Shown here in pieces: positions 22,609 through 35,147 of a stretch of 64,000 nucleotides of DNA. The stretch's first letter is position 1; each line of letters begins with the position of its first letter. The notes below the pieces were generated by a model that ran no database searches, had not been told where the DNA came from, and saw only the letters and a list, made by a program, of their open reading frames with translations. The DNA lies in assembly GCA_963830095.1 (NCBI GenBank), contig CAWHLV010000106.1:9672-73671 (forward strand), in the 5' to 3' direction. This stretch comes from an uncultured Alphaproteobacteria bacterium. GTDB taxonomy: Bacteria > Pseudomonadota > Alphaproteobacteria > Micropepsales > Micropepsaceae. A program made the translations under genes and the position numbers.

Positions 22609-23528
22609 ATGACACATTTCGCAAAGTTCATTTTCTGCTTTCTGATCTTCTTTCCGGCGGCGGCCTTCGCCCAGCCCGCGAATGATCATCTGCTGTCGGC
22701 GCAAAATCTTTCCCAGCTCGCGCCCCATGTGTGGATGATCAAGGGCTTTCCCAATATCGGCATTGTGGTGGGATCAAGGGCGACCCTGGTGATCGATACC
22801 GGGCTTGGCACAAGGAATGGCGCCATCGTCGCCGGCGTGGCGCAGCGCCTGTCGCCCAAGGGCCACACGCTGTATCTGACCACCACGCATTATCACGCCG
22901 AGCACGCCACCGGCGACGGCGGTTTCCCGCCAGGTACCATTGTCGTGCGTCCGCGTCCCCAGCAGGAGGAAATGGAGGCCGAAGGGCAGAAACTGATCGA
23001 CCTTTTCTCCAGCCGCTCGCAACAGGACCGCGACCTGCTGCAAGGCGTGCGCATCGATCCCGCAAATATCCTGTTCGATGGCAGCTATCAGCTTGACCTG
23101 GGCGGCGGTGTGAATGTCCAGCTCTCATGGTTCGGCGGCGCTCATACCCGGGGCGACGAACTGATCATGGTCGAGCCTGACAGCGTGCTGTTCACCGGCG
23201 ATGTGGTGCAGAACAAGGCTGGCCCCTATTTCTATTGCGCGGACTGCTCGCCCAAAACCTGGCTGGCGGTGCTTGACCGTCATGGCCGACCTGCACCCCA
23301 AAATCGTCGTGCCCGATCACAGCCCGCCGGGCGATGGATCGCTGATCGCGCAAGGAACGCGAGATGATGGCCTTCCTGCAATCGCGCATCGCTGCGCTGA
23401 AAGCCGCCGGCCAGACAGTGCCCCAGGCAACTGCGACCCTGACCGCCGAAGTCCATGACAAATATCCCGGCTGGACCGGTTTCAACCACATCGACCAGGC
23501 GGTCGCGCAGGGCTACGCCGGGCCCTGA
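22609..23528 (+). CDS. Secreted MBL-fold metallo-hydrolase (frameshifted)
   Basis: VIDTG, THYHAEHATG, AHTRGD, LFTGD, VPDH. Confidence 0.85.
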
Positions 23529-23542
23529 CACGACCAATGTCT

Positions 23543-25854
23543 TCATGCCGCCGGCGTGGTCAGCTTTGCCCGCAAGGCATGCGCCGCCGCCACCATGGAA
23601 ACCAGCGCCGGCTTCACTTCCGCCCAGTCGCGGGTCTTCAGCCCGCAATCCGGATTGACCCAAAGCTGGTCGGCTGGCAGCAACTTCCGGCGCGCTTTTT
23701 CAGCAAGTCTTCCATTTCCTCTGACTCGGGCACGCGCGGGCTATGGATGTCATAGACGCCGGGGCCGATCTCGTTCGGATATTTGAAATGAGACGAAAGC
23801 GTCGAGCAGTTCCATCTGCGAGCGCGAGGTTTCGATCGAGATCACGTCGGCATCCATCGCGCCATGGCGGCGATGATGTCGTTGAACTCGGAATAGCACA
23901 TATGGGTGTGGATCTGCGTTTCGTCGCGCACGCCGGACGGCGCAAAGCCGGAAGCATTCGACCGCCCAGTCGAGATAGCCTGGCCAGTCCGCCTTGCGCG
24001 AGCGGCAGACCCTCGCGGATCGCCGGTTCATCGATCTGGATGACGGCGATGCCCGCGCCTTCCAGATCCATCACCTCGTCACGGATGGCCAGCGCGATCT
24101 GGCGGCAGGTGTCGCGGCGCGGCTGGTCGTCGCGCACAAACGACCATTGCAGGATCGTGACCGGCCCGGTCAGCATGCCTTTCACCGGCTTGCGCGTGTC
24201 AGCGACTTGCGCAAATTGCGACCAACGCACCGTCATCGGGCCGTTGCGCGAGACATCGCCGAAGATCACCGGCGGCTTGACGCAGCGCGAACCATAGCAC
24301 TGCACCCAGCCGTTTGGTGAAGGCAAAGCCTTCCAGCTGCTCGCCGAAATATTCGCACCATGTCGTTGCGCTCGAATTCGCCATGCACCAGCACGTCGAT
24401 GCCAATCTCGTCCTGCCAGTGCATCGCTGCGCGCGGTTTGTTCTTCAAGAACTTTTCGTAATCGGCGTCGTCGGCGTCTTGCCGCTGCGCCACGCGGCGC
24501 GCGCCTCGCGCACTTCCGCCGTCTGGGGAAACGAACCGATGGTGGTCGTCGGGCAGGCCCGGCAGCTCAAGCGCGATTCGCTGCAGATCGGTGCGCGCCT
24601 GGAAGGGCTTTTGCGCTGCGCCATGCTCCGGCGTCACGGCGCCGCCGCGCTGCTTGACGACCGCATCGTGATGCGCATGCGAGGCGCGGCGCGAGGCCAT
24701 GCGCGGCGCGCGCATCGGCCAGCGGCTTTCTCGGTTTCGGCATCAGGGCGGCCAAGGCTTTGGTCAGAGCCGCGATTTCGTCCAGCTTCTGCGTCGCAAA
24801 AGCGAGCCAGCTCTTCAGCTCGGCATCGAGTCTTGTTTCCGCTTCCAGATCGACCGGCACATGCAGCAGCGAACAGCTGGGCGCCGATCCAGACGCGATC
24901 CGCGCCCGAGCTTGCACGGCCTTTCGATCAGCCTCGAGCGCGGTCGCAGATCGGTTCGCCAGATATTGCGGCCATCGATCAGACCCAGCGACAGCACGTG
25001 TTTTCCGGCAGCGCTCGGCAGCACATCGTCCAGCTGCTCGGGCGCGCGCACCAGATCGACATGCAGCGCCGGCGACCGGCAGCGCGCGCAAGCAGCGCGA
25101 GATTATCGCCGACCGCGCCGAAATAACTGGCCAGCATGATCTTCGACCGCGCCGGCGCATGCGCCAGCGTCGCGTAGGTCTGCGCGCAGCGCGTCGCGCA
25201 GCCGCTTCGTCCAGGTCCAGCACCAGAGCACGGCTCGTCGATCTGCACCCAGTCCGCGCCGGCTGCGGCCAGCGCCGCAAGACATCTGACATAGACAGGC
25301 AGCATGCGCGGCAGCAGCGCCAAGCGTCGATCTTGCATCGCGCATCTTGGCGAGCGCCAGGAAAGTCACCGGCCCCATCAGCACCGGCCGCGTCTGCGAC
25401 GCCCAGGCAGCTTGGCCTCAAGAAATTCATCGAGCGGCTTTGTGCGAGGCGAGGCGAAAGTGATCCCGCTCCGACAGCTCCGGCACGATGTAGTGATAAT
25501 TGGTATCGAACCATTTGGTCATCTCCATCGCCGGCGCATTGGCGGTTCCGCGCGCCATGGCGAAATACAGATCCAGCGGCACATGGCCGTTCGTCGAAAC
25601 CGAAAGCGCCGCGGCACCGCGCCCAGCATGGCGATGGTGTCCAGCATCTGGTCGTAGAGCGAGAAATCGTTCGAAGGAATGATCGATGACGCCGCCTTGT
25701 GCCTGCACGACCCAGTGCCGCGGCGCGTAGCGCGCGGCGGTGGTTCGCAGAACATCGGTCGCCGGTCGCGCCGCTCCAGATTTTTCGAGCGCGGTCTTGA
25801 GTTCGCGCCTGCTTCCGATGCGCGGAAAGCCAAGATTGGCGGAGCGAGGATCAT
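23543..25854 (-). CDS. metE: Cobalamin-independent methionine synthase (many indels)
   Basis: [82 protein letters not shown]. Confidence 0.95.
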
Positions 25855-25989
25855 GACTAAGGCTCCTCAGGGCAGGTTGGCAGGGCGCCAATGGCCGTTC
25901 CGTCCGGAACCGCGCGCGCGCGTATCACCGCCTGATCCAGCGATCACCGCTCTTCGGAAACCCACCGTTCCCGCGAGCATCAGCGTGAC

Positions 25990-26160
25990 ACCGACGGCAG
26001 GTCTCCTGGCTCGCGGGTCGATGCTTGCCGGCCTGTCTTCCCGAAACCTTGCCGCTCAGTGACGATGATGGCCAGCGGCTCGCCGCTTACAGTTGCGGGG
26101 GCAGCTCCGGCTTTCACCGGATTCCCTATTAATCCCTCTCGGGAACTGTCTGGTGTCAGC
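25990..26160 (-). ncRNA. Cobalamin (B12) riboswitch upstream of metE
   Basis: Minus strand AATAGGGAATCCGGTGAAAGCCGGAGCTGCCCCCGCAACTGTAAGCGG...AGCCAGGAGACCTGCC; TTGACA at 26186-26181. Confidence 0.93.
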
Positions 26161-26240
26161 AAAGCGTGGCCCGCGCGCCCTGTCAAGAAATATATAAATA
26201 CATTGTTATTTCTGAATGTGATTTTTGACGCAATATCATG

Positions 26241-26707
26241 TCAATCCAAGGACTTGCCCAAGCGGTCCATCAGAAGATCGGTGCCATGCCGCGCGACCCG
26301 GCATCGTCATAGCGGTCGAGGAAATCACCATATTCGGTCAGCACCAGCTTGGTGCCCGCCCCGTCCGGCATGATCTCGATGGTGGCCTGGGAGACAGAAA
26401 TCTTCCTGCCGTCCAGATGCATCACATAGCTGTAGATGATGCGCCCTGCTTCGCCCGCACGGGGCTCCACGATGTCGCGATACACGCAATCGAATACGTG
26501 AACGGTGCCACCTTCATGCCGGCCCTTCACCATCTCGCGGCCGCCTTCGCGGAAATCGAAAACCTTCTCGATCAAGGTCCAGCCGCCCCCGCCGGCAAAC
26601 CATTTGGCTTTTGCCTCCGCCGTGGCGAAGGCGTCAAACACGCGCGCAGGCGCGTGCTTCCACTGCCGCGTGATGGTGAAGCTGGCCCGGACGACAGAGC
26701 GGGACAT
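26241..26707 (-). CDS. SRPBCC/AHSA1 family protein
   Basis: SFTITR..APARVFDAF...KAKWF, DFREGG, YRDIV..RIIYSY, SVSQATIEI. Confidence 0.85.
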
Positions 26708-27264
26708 CAGGCAATTTCCATTGCATAATGCAGACGGATGACGCCGTTATCGAACGGTTTGTGGCTCAAGAGCTTCAATTTGGTTTTGTGCGCGCCTTTC
26801 CAGTAAGCCATGCCCGAACCCAGCAGCACCGGATTCTGAAAGATCCAGAACTCATCGATCGCATCCAGCTCCAGAAAAGCATGCACCAGCCCGGGACTGC
26901 CGAAGATCAAAGATCTTTTCCCGGCTGCTGCTTGTCGGCGAAATCTCCTTGGCCTCGCGGCGCAGATGCACGTTGTTCCAGTCGCTGGACGTCATGCTGC
27001 GCGAAAGGTCAGTTTGGGAATTTGCTCCACCCAGCGGGCATGCTGCCCAACCTCCGGCGACATCGGCTTGCCCAACGATTTCGGTCAGTAACTTTCATCA
27101 TGTCGTCGGCGGTCCCGCCATAGACGGCGCGCGCCGAGCTTTTTGGATCACCTCGGTGGCGTCTGCGAAGATGGTGCTGTTCATGCTGATCCAGTCCATT
27201 CGCCCTTAGGCCCGCCGCAAAAACCGTCCAACGACACATGCATCAGGGAAATCAGCTTTCTCAT
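26707..27264 (-). CDS. Dihydrofolate reductase-like (RibD C-terminal) protein (frameshifted)
   Basis: MRKLISLMHVSLDGF start; IFGSPGL, IDEFWIFQNPVLLGSG. Confidence 0.8.
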
Positions 27265-27594
27265 GTCTTCTCCTCCGTCTCATCCAGAGATACGCGCCCA
27301 GCCGGTCGAAACCCCGCTCCCACATCTGGCGGCGCTCGCCTTACCCATATCTCGGGCCTCGCTCCAGCATCTTGGGCTCGATGCGGCAGGTCCGCACCCG
27401 GCCCAGCTTTTCGCTTTTCACCAGCCCGCAATCCTCCAGCACCTTCAGATGCAGCATCACCGCCGGCAGCGACATGGGCAGCGGCCTGGCCAGTTCGCTG
27501 ACGGTGGCGGGCCCTGCGCCAGCCGCTCGACAATGGTGCGGCGGGCGGGGTCGGCCAGGGCGGCAAAGGTGCGGTCCAGTTTATAGTTAAGCAT
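27261..27594 (-). CDS. ArsR/SmtB family regulator (frameshifted)
   Basis: MLNYKLDRTFAALADPARRTIVERL...SLPAVMLHLKVLEDCGLVKSEK.GRVRTC. Confidence 0.85.
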
Positions 27595-27606
27595 ATACTT
27601 AACTAT
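27583..27606. promoter_or_regulatory. Palindromic ArsR operator overlapping the start codon
   Basis: ATAGTTAAG-catata-CTTAACTAT, perfect 9-bp arms. Confidence 0.75.
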
Positions 27607-27696
27607 CAACTTTAGCCTTGTCCGTCAAGCAGATCAGCCCCGATTATTTTTGCAGCACTATCTGGGGTATGTTGCGCCGCCGAACAGGAGGACCTC

Positions 27697-28531
27697 ATGT
27701 CCGTCCAGACCCAGCTCAAGCGCGTGACGGTTCCCGAGATCCGCGCCCACAAGAACAACGCGCCGGTGGTCGTGCCTCACCTGCTATCACGCCCATACCG
27801 CGCGTCTGCTCGACAATTATGTGGACCTCATGCTGGTGGGCGACAGTCTCGGCAGGTGATGCATGGGCTGGAGAACACCGCTCGGCGTCACGCTCGACAT
27901 GATGATCACCCACGCCAAGGCGGTGATGCGCGGCTCCAGCGCGCGCTGGTCGTGGTCGACCTGCCGTTTGGCACTTACGAGGAAAGCCCCGCCGTGGCCT
28001 TCCGCAATGCCGTGCGCGTTTTGCAGGAGACCGGCGCCACCGCGATCAAGCTGGAAGGCGGCACCCGCATGGCTGAAACCGTCCATTTCCTGACCGAGCG
28101 CGGCGTGCCGGTGATGGGCCATATCGGGCTGACGCCCAGTGCGTGCAGATCTTCGGCGGCTTCCAGACCAGGGCCGCACCGAGGCGGAATGGCCGGCGAT
28201 CGAGGCCGACGCCCAGGCGGTCGCCGAGGCCGGCGCATTCGCCGTGGTGCTGGAGGGCATGGCCGAGCCGCTGGCCGCCAAGATCACCAAGGAGATCCCC
28301 ATCCCCACCATCGGAATCGGCGCCTCGCCCGAGTGCGACGGCCAGATCCTGGTCATGGAGGACATGCTGGGGCTGAACCCCAATCCGCCCAAATTCGTGC
28401 GCCAATACGCCCAGTTGGGGCCTGATATCGAGGCCGCGGTAAAGGCTTATGCCGCCGATGTGCGGGCGCGGCCCTTCCCCGGCAAGGAAAACGTCTACGG
28501 CATGAAAAAGGCCGGGTTGATAGGCCGCTGA
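27697..28531 (+). CDS. panB: 3-methyl-2-oxobutanoate hydroxymethyltransferase (frameshifted)
   Basis: [42 protein letters not shown]. Confidence 0.93.
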
Positions 28532-28631
28532 ACCATGAAACATCGGCAAGTTGCGCTCGGGCCCGCGCGGGCTAATGAACACGCCCGGTCAAGGCCTTGC
28601 CCGAGGACCGCCCACCCCGAAAGGATATCCC

Positions 28632-29345
28632 GTGTCCGACATCTTCCGCGAAGTCGAGGAGGACGTTCGCCGCGAACGGCTCGAAAAGCTGTGGAAGCCC
28701 TACGGCGATTACGTCATCGCCGCTGGGCGTGGTCGTCTGCTCGGCATCGGCGGCTACAAGCTGTGGCAGCGCTATGAGACCAGCAGAGCGGGAAAGCCTC
28801 CGTCGCCTATATCGCCGCCCAGCGCATGACCAATAGCCCAGGCCGAAGCCGCGCCGCCTTCGCCGAGATCGCGAAGCGACGCGCCCGAGCGGCTATGCCG
28901 CATGCGGCCAAGCTGGCGGAAGCCGATGCGATGTTCGCGTCCGGCAAGACAGCGATAGCCATCGCGCTCTACAAGCGATCGCCGAAAGGACAACACGGCA
29001 CCATCGGCAACTGGCCCGCATCCGCGCGGCCTGGGCGATGGCCGACAGCGCCTCACGCGCCGATCTGGCCGACGCTGCTGGCGCCGCTGGACCCCCGGCG
29101 CGCCTGGCGTTCATGGCGCGAGAAATTCTGGCCTATGGCGATTACCGCGACGGAGACCTGAAAGCGGCGCAGGCGAATATCGACGGCCTCGCCGTCGACC
29201 GGACGCGCCTGACCGTTGCGCCAGCGCGCCCGCGCCATGGCCGCGTTATCTGCACGGGCGGCGCCGTCAATTACGGCACGGTGCCGCCGCCGCGGCACCC
29301 ACACCCGCGCACGCTGGTGCTGCACCGGCGCCCGCAAGGCCACAC
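28632..29345 (+). CDS. YfgM-like TPR ancillary translocon protein (many indels; end approximate)
   Basis: VSDIFREVEEDVRRERLEKLWK; sits upstream of bamB-der. Confidence 0.75.
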
Positions 29346-30751
29346 GGCAGAACGAAGTCGGCCTTCGCATCGCTGGCGGCCTGCTGGCCGCCGCCTGCTT
29401 TCTTGCTGCGGCGGCTGCGGTATTCACCGAAACGGTCGGCTGGTTCGTCTCGCAGCCGCAAGAAATCCAAGCTCAAGGGCCAGCGCATTCCGGTATGCCG
29501 CTGGACGAACTGTCAAGCCCGACCCGCCTTGAAGGAATCGCCGTCGTCCTGCCGCCGCCTTATCGCAACACCGAATGGCCGGAGCCCGGCGGCTATGCCG
29601 ACAACGCCATGTATCATCTGGAGGCGCCGGGCCGCTGCAGCAGATCTGGGACCAGGATGCCGGCAAGGGATCGGATCCGATTCGCGCCTGACCGCGCCGC
29701 CGATCGTGGGCGGCGGGCACATCTATGTCCTGGATTCCGAAGCCCTGTCTGCGTCTTCCATGCCAAGACCGGCAACCGGTCTGGCACCGGCGCCTTGCGC
29801 CCAGGAACGGCACCGACCTGCCCACGCTGTTGGGCCTGTTGGGCAAGCCCAACACGGTCGACCCACCACAGGGCTGGGCGGCGGCGTCGCCTATGACGAC
29901 GGCAAGATGTTCGTCACCACCGGCTTCGGCGTGCGTCTGGCTGCATCGATGCGCGAACGGGCGAGAGATCTGGCGGGTCGATCTGGGCATGCCGATCATC
30001 AACGCCCCGGTGGTCAATGGCGGGCGCGTCTTCGTCTCCACCCACGACAATCATTTCTACGCCATCGCCGAAAGTAACGGCCGCGACCTTGTGGGACCAC
30101 CAGGGCATCACGGAATCCGCCGGCATCCTGGCCTCCACCAGCGCCGCGGTGTCGGGCGAGATCGTGATCGCGCCCTATACCTCGGGCGAACTTTTCGCCC
30201 TGCGGGTCCAGAACGGCCAGGCGGCCTGGAGCGATATGTTATCGCGCTCCGGCAATGTCACCGCTTTGTCCGAGCTCGATGATATCGCGGGACGCCCGGT
30301 GATCGATCGCGACGTGGTCTATGCGGTCAGCCATTCCGGCGTGATGGCGGCATTCAGCCTCAACACCGGCGAGCGGCAGTGGACGCGCGACATCGGCGGC
30401 ATCCAGACGCCCTGGGTGGCGGGCGATTACATCTATGTGCTGGACAGCGGCGACCGCTGTGATGTGCCTGACCCGCAAGGAAGGCCGCGTGCGATGGATC
30501 CACCAGCTGCCGCGAATGGGAAGATCCCGACGACAGCAGCGATCCGATCGATGTGGGCGGGCCCGGTGCTGGTGTCCAACCGGCTGATCGTGACCTCGTC
30601 CAACGGCTATGCCGAGGCGATCTCGCCCTATACCGGGCGAGCTGTCGGGACGGGTGGAGATTCCCGGCGGCACCACCATCGCGCCGGTGGTGGCCAACGG
30701 GACGCTCTATATCTCTACACCGACGACGCCGAACTGGTGGCGCTCCGCTAG
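29346..30751 (+). CDS. bamB: PQQ-like beta-propeller outer-membrane assembly lipoprotein BamB (many indels; start approximate)
   Basis: WPEPGG, APPIVGGG, GGGVAYDDG, PVIDRDVVYA, TPWVAG, GPVLVSNRL; between yfgM and der. Confidence 0.75.
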
Positions 30752-30765
30752 GGGCCATGACCGCT

Positions 30766-32148
30766 ATGCCGCTGACTCTCGCCATTGTCGGCCGTCCCAA
30801 TGTCGGCAAGTCACGGCTGTTCAACCGGCTCGCGGGCGCGAAGCGCCCTCGTGCATGACACGCCGGGCGTGACCCGCGACCGCCAGGACGGTCGATGCGG
30901 TCTATGACGGCTTGCGCTTGCGCCTGATCGATACCGCCGGCTTCGAAGACGCGCCAGCGGGCTCCGTCGCCCACGCATGACCAAGCAGACCATCGCGGCC
31001 ATCGCCGAAGCCGAGGCGCTGCTGTTCGTGATCGACGCCCGCGCCGGCATCACCGCCGGCGACCAGATCATTGCCCAGGCGCTGCGCAAGTCGGGCAAGC
31101 CGGTGATCCTGGCGGCCAACAAATGCGAAGGCCGGGTCGAACCACCGGCCGAGACCTGGGGCTGGGCTTGGCGAACCCATCGCGATTTCCGCCGAGCACG
31201 ATCTGGGCATGGCGGAGCTGGTCGACGCGCTGGCGCCCTGGCGCCGAAGCGCCGATCTGCCGGACGAAGACGAAGAGGAATTCCGACGATGACGAGAAAC
31301 GAAGGCGAAGAACCGATCGTCGACTATCTCGACCGCCCCTGCGGCTGGCGCTGGTGGGCCGGCCCAATGTCGGCAAATCGTGGCTGTTCAACCAGCTGCT
31401 GGGCGAGGAACGCTCGCTGGTCGGGCCCGGAAGCCGGCCTCACCCGCGACGCCATCACCGCGCCGTGGAAGGCGGGCGACCGCGACGTGCTGCTGCATGA
31501 CACCGCGGGCCTGCGCAAAAAGGCGCGGGTGGCGGGCGAAACGCTGGAGGAGATGTCGGTGGCCTCCACGCTGGAGGCGATCCGTTTCGCCGATTGCGTG
31601 ATCGTGATGATCGACGCCACCGCGCCCGTTCGAAAAACAGGACCTCACCATCGCCGATCTGATCGCGCGCGAGGGCCGCGCCATCGTCTTTGCCGTCAAC
31701 AAATGGGACCTGCTGGAGAACAAGGCGGGCGCGATCTGGCAGCTGCGCGAGAAGCTGGACCGGCTGTTGCCGCAGGTGGCGGGCGCGCCGCTGGTGGCGA
31801 CCTCGGCGCGCACCGGCGAAGGGCTCGACCGGCTGGGGCGGCGGTCATCGCCGGCCGACCGGGCCTGGAACACCCGCATCCCCACCTCGCCGCTCAACCG
31901 TTTCCTGGCGGAGGCGCTGCAGCGCCATGCCACGCCCGCCATTCGGGTCGCCGGGTGCGCATCCGCTACATGACCCAGCGCAAGAGCGCGGCCGCCCAGC
32001 TTTACCTTGTTCGGCAACCAGCTCGACGCTTTGCCGGAAGCCTATCAGCGTTATCTGCAGAACGGATTGCGCGAGAGTTTCGGTCTGGTGGGCACGCCGC
32101 TGCGCTTCGCGTGCGCAATTCCAAGAATCCGTACGCAACAAGAAATAA
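30766..32148 (+). CDS. der: Ribosome biogenesis GTPase Der (many indels)
   Basis: Two GRPNVGKS P-loops, TRD, DTAG, NKC/NKWD. Confidence 0.93.
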
Positions 32149-32151
32149 CTG

Positions 32152-32936
32152 TCATGCCCGCGCAGTGGCGTGAACGTAATGATCAGCTCGGCCAATGTCT
32201 CTTCGGTGACGCTTCTGGAAGTTGATTATCGTCTCGTCGACGATCGTAGGTCGGCGCCAGCATCTCACGACCTTGTAGGCCATGTCTTCCGGCTTCACGA
32301 GATAGGCGGGGTCTTCGCCCGGCATCGCCTTCTGGCGCATCACGGTGCGCATCGGCCCCGGATTGAGCAGGTTCGACCTTGACGTTGGTGGTCTCGCATT
32401 CCACCGCATAGGTCAGCGCCATGATTTCCAGCGCCGACTTGCGACATGCGCATAGGCGCCCCAATAGGCGATGTGCTTGCGCGCCGCGCCGCTGGTCACA
32501 AACAGCACCCGGCCCGCATCGGACTGGCGCAGCAGCGGGTCCAGCGAGCGGATCAGCCGCCAGTTGGCGATGACGATTGACCTCCATCACTTCCTGGAAG
32601 GTCTTGGGGTCCAGATGCGTCAGCGGCGTCAGCTGCGCCCAGCACGCCGGCATTGCCCAGGAACGCATCGAGCTTGCCCCAGCGCTCGAAGATCGAGGCG
32701 CCCAGCCGGTCAATGGCGTCGAAATCGCGCAGGTTCATCGGCACCAGGGTGGCGCTGCCGCCGAGCTTCTGGATCTCGTCGTCGGCTTCTTCCAGCCCGC
32801 CCACGGTGCGCGCCACCAGAATGACATGGGCGCCGGCCTTGGCCAGCGCGATGGCCGCGGCGCGGCCAATGCCGCGCGAGGCGCCGGTGACAAGCGCAAT
32901 GCGTCCTTCGAGGGACGGTTTTTCACCGGGTTTCAT
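32152..32936 (-). CDS. SDR family oxidoreductase (frameshifted)
   Basis: [20 protein letters not shown]; conserved position after purF. Confidence 0.85.
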
Positions 32937-32946
32937 GGAAGTTTTC

Positions 32947-34406
32947 CTAGGCGACGTCCGCCAGCAGGGAAAGCTGCCGCGTGCCGCCGCTGATGTCGGT
33001 CAGGGCAATCGGGTAATCGCCGGTGAAGCAGGCGTCGCAGAAAGCGCGCGCCCCGGCCACCCGCTCGCCCTTGCCCATGGCGCGGTAGAGGCCGTTCATG
33101 GAGATGAAGGCCAGGCTGTCCGCGCCGATGAAGCGGCGCATCTGCTCCACATCCATCTTGTGGGCCAGCAGGTCGTCGGTGTTGGGCGTGTCCACGCCAT
33201 AGAAGCAGCTGTGGGTGGTGGGCGGCGACGACACGCGGAAATGCACTTCGGCGGCGCCCGCATCGCGCACCATGGCGACGATCTTCTTGGAGGTGGTGCC
33301 GCGTACGATGGAATCGTCCACCAGAATGACCTTCTTGCCCTTGATCTTGGCGCGGTTGGGATTGTGCTTCAGCCGCACGCCCAGATGGCGGATGGAATCC
33401 GACGGCTCGATGAAGGTGCGCCCGACATAATGGTTGCGGATGATGCCCAGCTCGAAGGGAACCTTCGCTTCATTGGCGAAACCCAGCGCGGCAGGCACGC
33501 CGGAATCCGGCACCGGGATCACCATGTCGGCGTCGACCGGGGCCTCTTGCGCCAGCACCGCGCCGATGTTCTTGCGCGCCTCATAGACATTCTGGCCTTC
33601 AAGCGTGGAATCGGGGCGCGCGAAATAGATGTATTCGAAGACGCAGAAGCGATGCTGCTGCTGCTTGAACGGGAAGTGGCTGGTGATGCCGCTCTTGTCC
33701 ACCACCACCATCTCGCCCGGTTTCACGTCGCGCACATATTCGGCGCCGATAATGTCCAGCGCGCAGGTTTCCGAGGCGAAGATCACCGCCCCGTCCAGCT
33801 CGCCCATCACCAGCGGACGCACCCCATTGGGATCGCGCACGCCGATCAGCTTCTTGGAGGTCAGCGCTACCAGAGAATAGGCGCCTTCCACCTGGCACAG
33901 CGCATCCACCAGCTTTTCCACGATGCGCGGGCGCGTGCTGCGCGCGGTCAGGTGGACGATGGTTTCGGTGTCGGAGGTCGACTGGAAGATCGCGCCCTGA
34001 CCCACCAGATCCTGGCGCAGGGTATGGGCGTTGGTGAGATTGCCGTTGTGGGCAATCGCCAGCCCGCCGCCCGCCAGATCGGCGAAGATCGGCTGGATGT
34101 TGGACGCGCGGCTGCCGCCCGCGGTGGAATAGCGGTTGTGGCCGATGGCGAAGTTGCCCTTGAGGTTCTTGGCGGCGTTGGAGCCCCGGCCAAAGGCATC
34201 GCCCACCAGCCCCATATGGCGCTCGGCGATGAAATGGCCGTCATGATGGGTGACGATGCCCGCCGCTTCCTGGCCGCGATGCTGGAGCGAATGCAGCCCC
34301 AGCACCACCAGCGCGCCGGCATCGGCATGGCCGAAAACGCCAAACACGCCGCACTCTTCATGCAGCGTGTCCTGTCATCCCAAAGATGGTCGCGATCGCC
34401 GGTCAT
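32947..34406 (-). CDS. purF: Amidophosphoribosyltransferase
   Basis: (LHEE)CGVFG, LQHRGQEAAG, GHNRYST, FEYIYFARPDS, LVDDSIVRGTT; indel near the N-terminus. Confidence 0.97.
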
Positions 34407-35138
34407 CGGTTGTTCCCGCCGGACTCCACGAGGCTGTCTAGCGCCTGACGGTCGCTGGCGCCATAGGCTTTCGTCGCCTTGGCAGCGGCCTTGTGCTGCA
34501 CCGGTGCATTGGCGGGTTTCGGCGTGGTTTTGGGGACACTGTTGGCCGCTGCATTATTGCGGATCAGGTCTGCCATGGGGTCATGGCTGGCCGCGGGCGG
34601 CGGCGCCTGACGCACATCTTCCTCATGTTTGGGAACATAGGTGTAGTCGCGGGGATGGTCGGGAATCACCGACAGCATCACATCGGCGCTGGATTGCACC
34701 ATCGGCAACAGCCGCGCTTCGGTCACCCAATGCGGGCTGGTTGCGGATGGGCACGAAATAGGTGAACGCCAGATAGGCCAGCCCCACAATCACCAGTCCG
34801 CGCACGATGCCGAAGGCGACGCCGGCGGCGCGGTCCAAGGGCCCGATGGGGGAATGTTTCACACTGGCGCTGAAACGGGCGGTCATGAAGGCGAGCGGAA
34901 TGAACACCGCCAGGAACACCGCCGCATAGGCCAGCAGCGAGGCCAGCCATTCGGTATGCACCAGGCTGCGGGTCAACGGGATGATATAGGGCCCGAAATA
35001 GAGGCAGGCGAAAGCCGCCGCCACCCAGGCGAAAATGGTCAGGGTTTCCCACAAAAAGCCGCGCCAGGCGGCATAGCCCGCCGACACCACGATGATCAGC
35101 ACGATCAGGCAGTCGAGGAAGGTGACCGAAAAACTCAT
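34403..35138 (-). CDS. cvpA: CvpA family membrane protein (one frameshift)
   Basis: LDCLIV...RGFLWE, LDRAAGVAFGIVRG; between radA and purF. Confidence 0.88.
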
Positions 35139-35147
35139 GATTCGAGT

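Noticed and set aside
23543-32600. Mass pseudogenisation or programmed frameshifting in metE, panB, bamB and der
   Set aside because: Indels hit essential genes and cluster regionally while motifs stay intact, which fits low-coverage long-read error
32653-34761. Long antisense ORFs (e.g. 702 aa opposite purF; also opposite dnaB and SNF2)
   Set aside because: Shadow ORFs expected from high-GC codon bias, with no recognisable motifs
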